Virus record (IMG/VR): IMGVR_UViG_3300034137_000024
Location: 17,491-81,490 of that record
Strand: one strand, 5' to 3'
DNA length: 64,000 nt
Origin: a virus
Every line of letters begins with the position of its first letter. Positions within the stretch are counted from its first letter, which is position 1. Under the pieces are notes generated by a model, which was not told the origin of the DNA, did no database searches, and saw only the letters and a program-made list of their open reading frames with translations. The position numbers and the translations under genes are program-made. Below, in pieces: positions 63,100-64,000 of this stretch.

Positions 63100-63411
63100 T
63101 TAAGCGGCTTCGCGACCCATGACCGGATCAAGCTCGATCAAAGCAAGCAGCGCGTTGCGATGGCGGTGTGTCAGGTCGCGGAAACGGGCGATCAATTCGC
63201 GCTCACCGGCCGAAAGCTCGGCGGCGTTGACGTGGGTGCCGGCGCGGCCTTCGTAAGCCAAGGTCCGCTCGATGCGAGCAATGATTTCAGAATTCATGCT
63301 GCGATGGTTTTCCCCCGCAACTTCGGAGATGCGATCGCGCATCCCATTCGGTAAGCGGACGACGAACTTATCGGCACTGCGGCTATTTGTCATTTGGTAT
63401 TGCTGAGACAT
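63100..63411 (-). CDS. amrZ: AmrZ (AlgZ)-like Arc/RHH transcription regulator
   Basis: SRSADKFVVRLP.GMR..I.EVA...HRSMNSEIIAR.E and C-terminal ELS..ERELI.RFR.LTHR..NAL.ALI. Confidence 0.88.
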   Translation of the reverse strand: MSQQYQMTNSRSADKFVVRLPNGMRDRISEVAGENHRSMNSEIIARIERTLAYEGRAGTHVNAAELSAGERELIARFRDLTHRHRNALLALIELDPVMGREAA

Positions 63412-63531
63412 TTTCTCTTTCCTTTCCGTTACGGCCGAAGCCGCGTATTGCTGTGGCGTACATTGGTAGTTTACGGGACCTAAGCGGCGTCTAGCCAGCA
63501 CCTATCGGGGGGAACACCGGGGCTGGTTGGT

Positions 63532-63753
63532 TTAAGCGTTACTGCGAAGTGCGGCGCGCAGTTCGCGGTGGTCCATGTTGCGGATGTCAGTCATCCGGAC
63601 GAAGTACGCCTCCCAAGCGTCCGGCGCTTCGACGATGCTCTCAGCAGGGCGGACTAGACGGGCAAACAGTTCGCGGCGAGCTATGGTGCAGAACACCAGC
63701 AAAGCCTCGCCGGCTTGGTTCGGGTTGTAGCCGTGACGTTCGGTGGTGGCCAT
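63532..63753 (-). CDS. Hypothetical protein
   Basis: SD GGAG upstream. Confidence 0.65.
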   Translation of the reverse strand: MATTERHGYNPNQAGEALLVFCTIARRELFARLVRPAESIVEAPDAWEAYFVRMTDIRNMDHRELRAALRSNA

Positions 63754-63771
63754 GTAGGGCGCTCCGTGGGA

Positions 63772-63990
63772 TCAAAAATTGTAGTCGTGGAACTTGCGAG
63801 GCTTCTCTTCACGGCGGAACTTGCTGCCCTGGTTGTACCAGCGGCCATCCTTGCGCAGGTGCAGGCGGATGACTGCGGCGTCCGGTTGGCTGGTGATGAT
63901 CCATTTCTGGCTGCCCTGATTCGAGCAGTGGCCGGCGAAGCCACCAACGTGAATCTCCGGCCTCCAGTTCGAATCAAGGACCGCGGACAT
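63772..63990 (-). CDS. Hypothetical protein (may extend past the window edge)
   Basis: GGFAGHC.NQ..Q.W, RLRKDGRW, FHDYNF. Confidence 0.65.
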   Translation of the reverse strand: MSAVLDSNWRPEIHVGGFAGHCSNQGSQKWIITSQPDAAVIRLHLRKDGRWYNQGSKFRREEKPRKFHDYNF

Positions 63991-64000
63991 AGCGCGCACT

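Larger units (their letters stand above)
1..64000. mobile_element. Large temperate myovirus-like phage / phage-plasmid (internal portion; ends not in window)
   Basis: Terminase, portal, capsid, sheath, tube, tape measure, baseplate, lysis, integrase and RepA genes throughout; no host housekeeping genes. Confidence 0.95.

Overview
The whole 64-kb window is an internal part of one large temperate myovirus-type phage, most likely of Pseudomonas (about 60% GC, AmrZ homologue, pPT23A/ColE2-type replicase). No host genes, rRNA, tRNA or CRISPR array were seen. Left to right it holds: small early genes; a replication block (Toprim primase-helicase, VRR-NUC, SSB, SF2 helicase, Cro-like HTH); a recombination block (RecE-like exonuclease, putative annealase, HU); a tyrosine integrase; a TraR/DksA protein; a lysis cassette; a contractile tail and baseplate; head genes (SPO1/phage K-like capsid, scaffold, protease, MuF-like protein, portal); dUTPase; terminase; a YafO-type toxin-antitoxin pair; a plasmid RepA with an RHH regulator; a Nudix / small ORF / 1377-aa kinase plus ADP-ribosyltransferase operon; and an AmrZ-like regulator. 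Integrase plus RepA suggests a phage-plasmid. The strongest unexplained signals are: (1) a promoter-like motif GTCGTGAC-N2-NANNNT found 17 times, mostly ahead of late genes, with ATG 6-7 nt after the hexamer in 7 cases (predicted leaderless mRNAs); (2) two hairpin-rich non-coding segments behind that motif that share sequence elements; (3) a late kinase-ART / candidate immunity / Nudix operon with capsid-protease-like N-terminal motifs; (4) a terminase with two ATPase domains; (5) an orphan MbcA/Xre-type antitoxin and a phage AmrZ. All family assignments are by eye from motifs; no database search was run.
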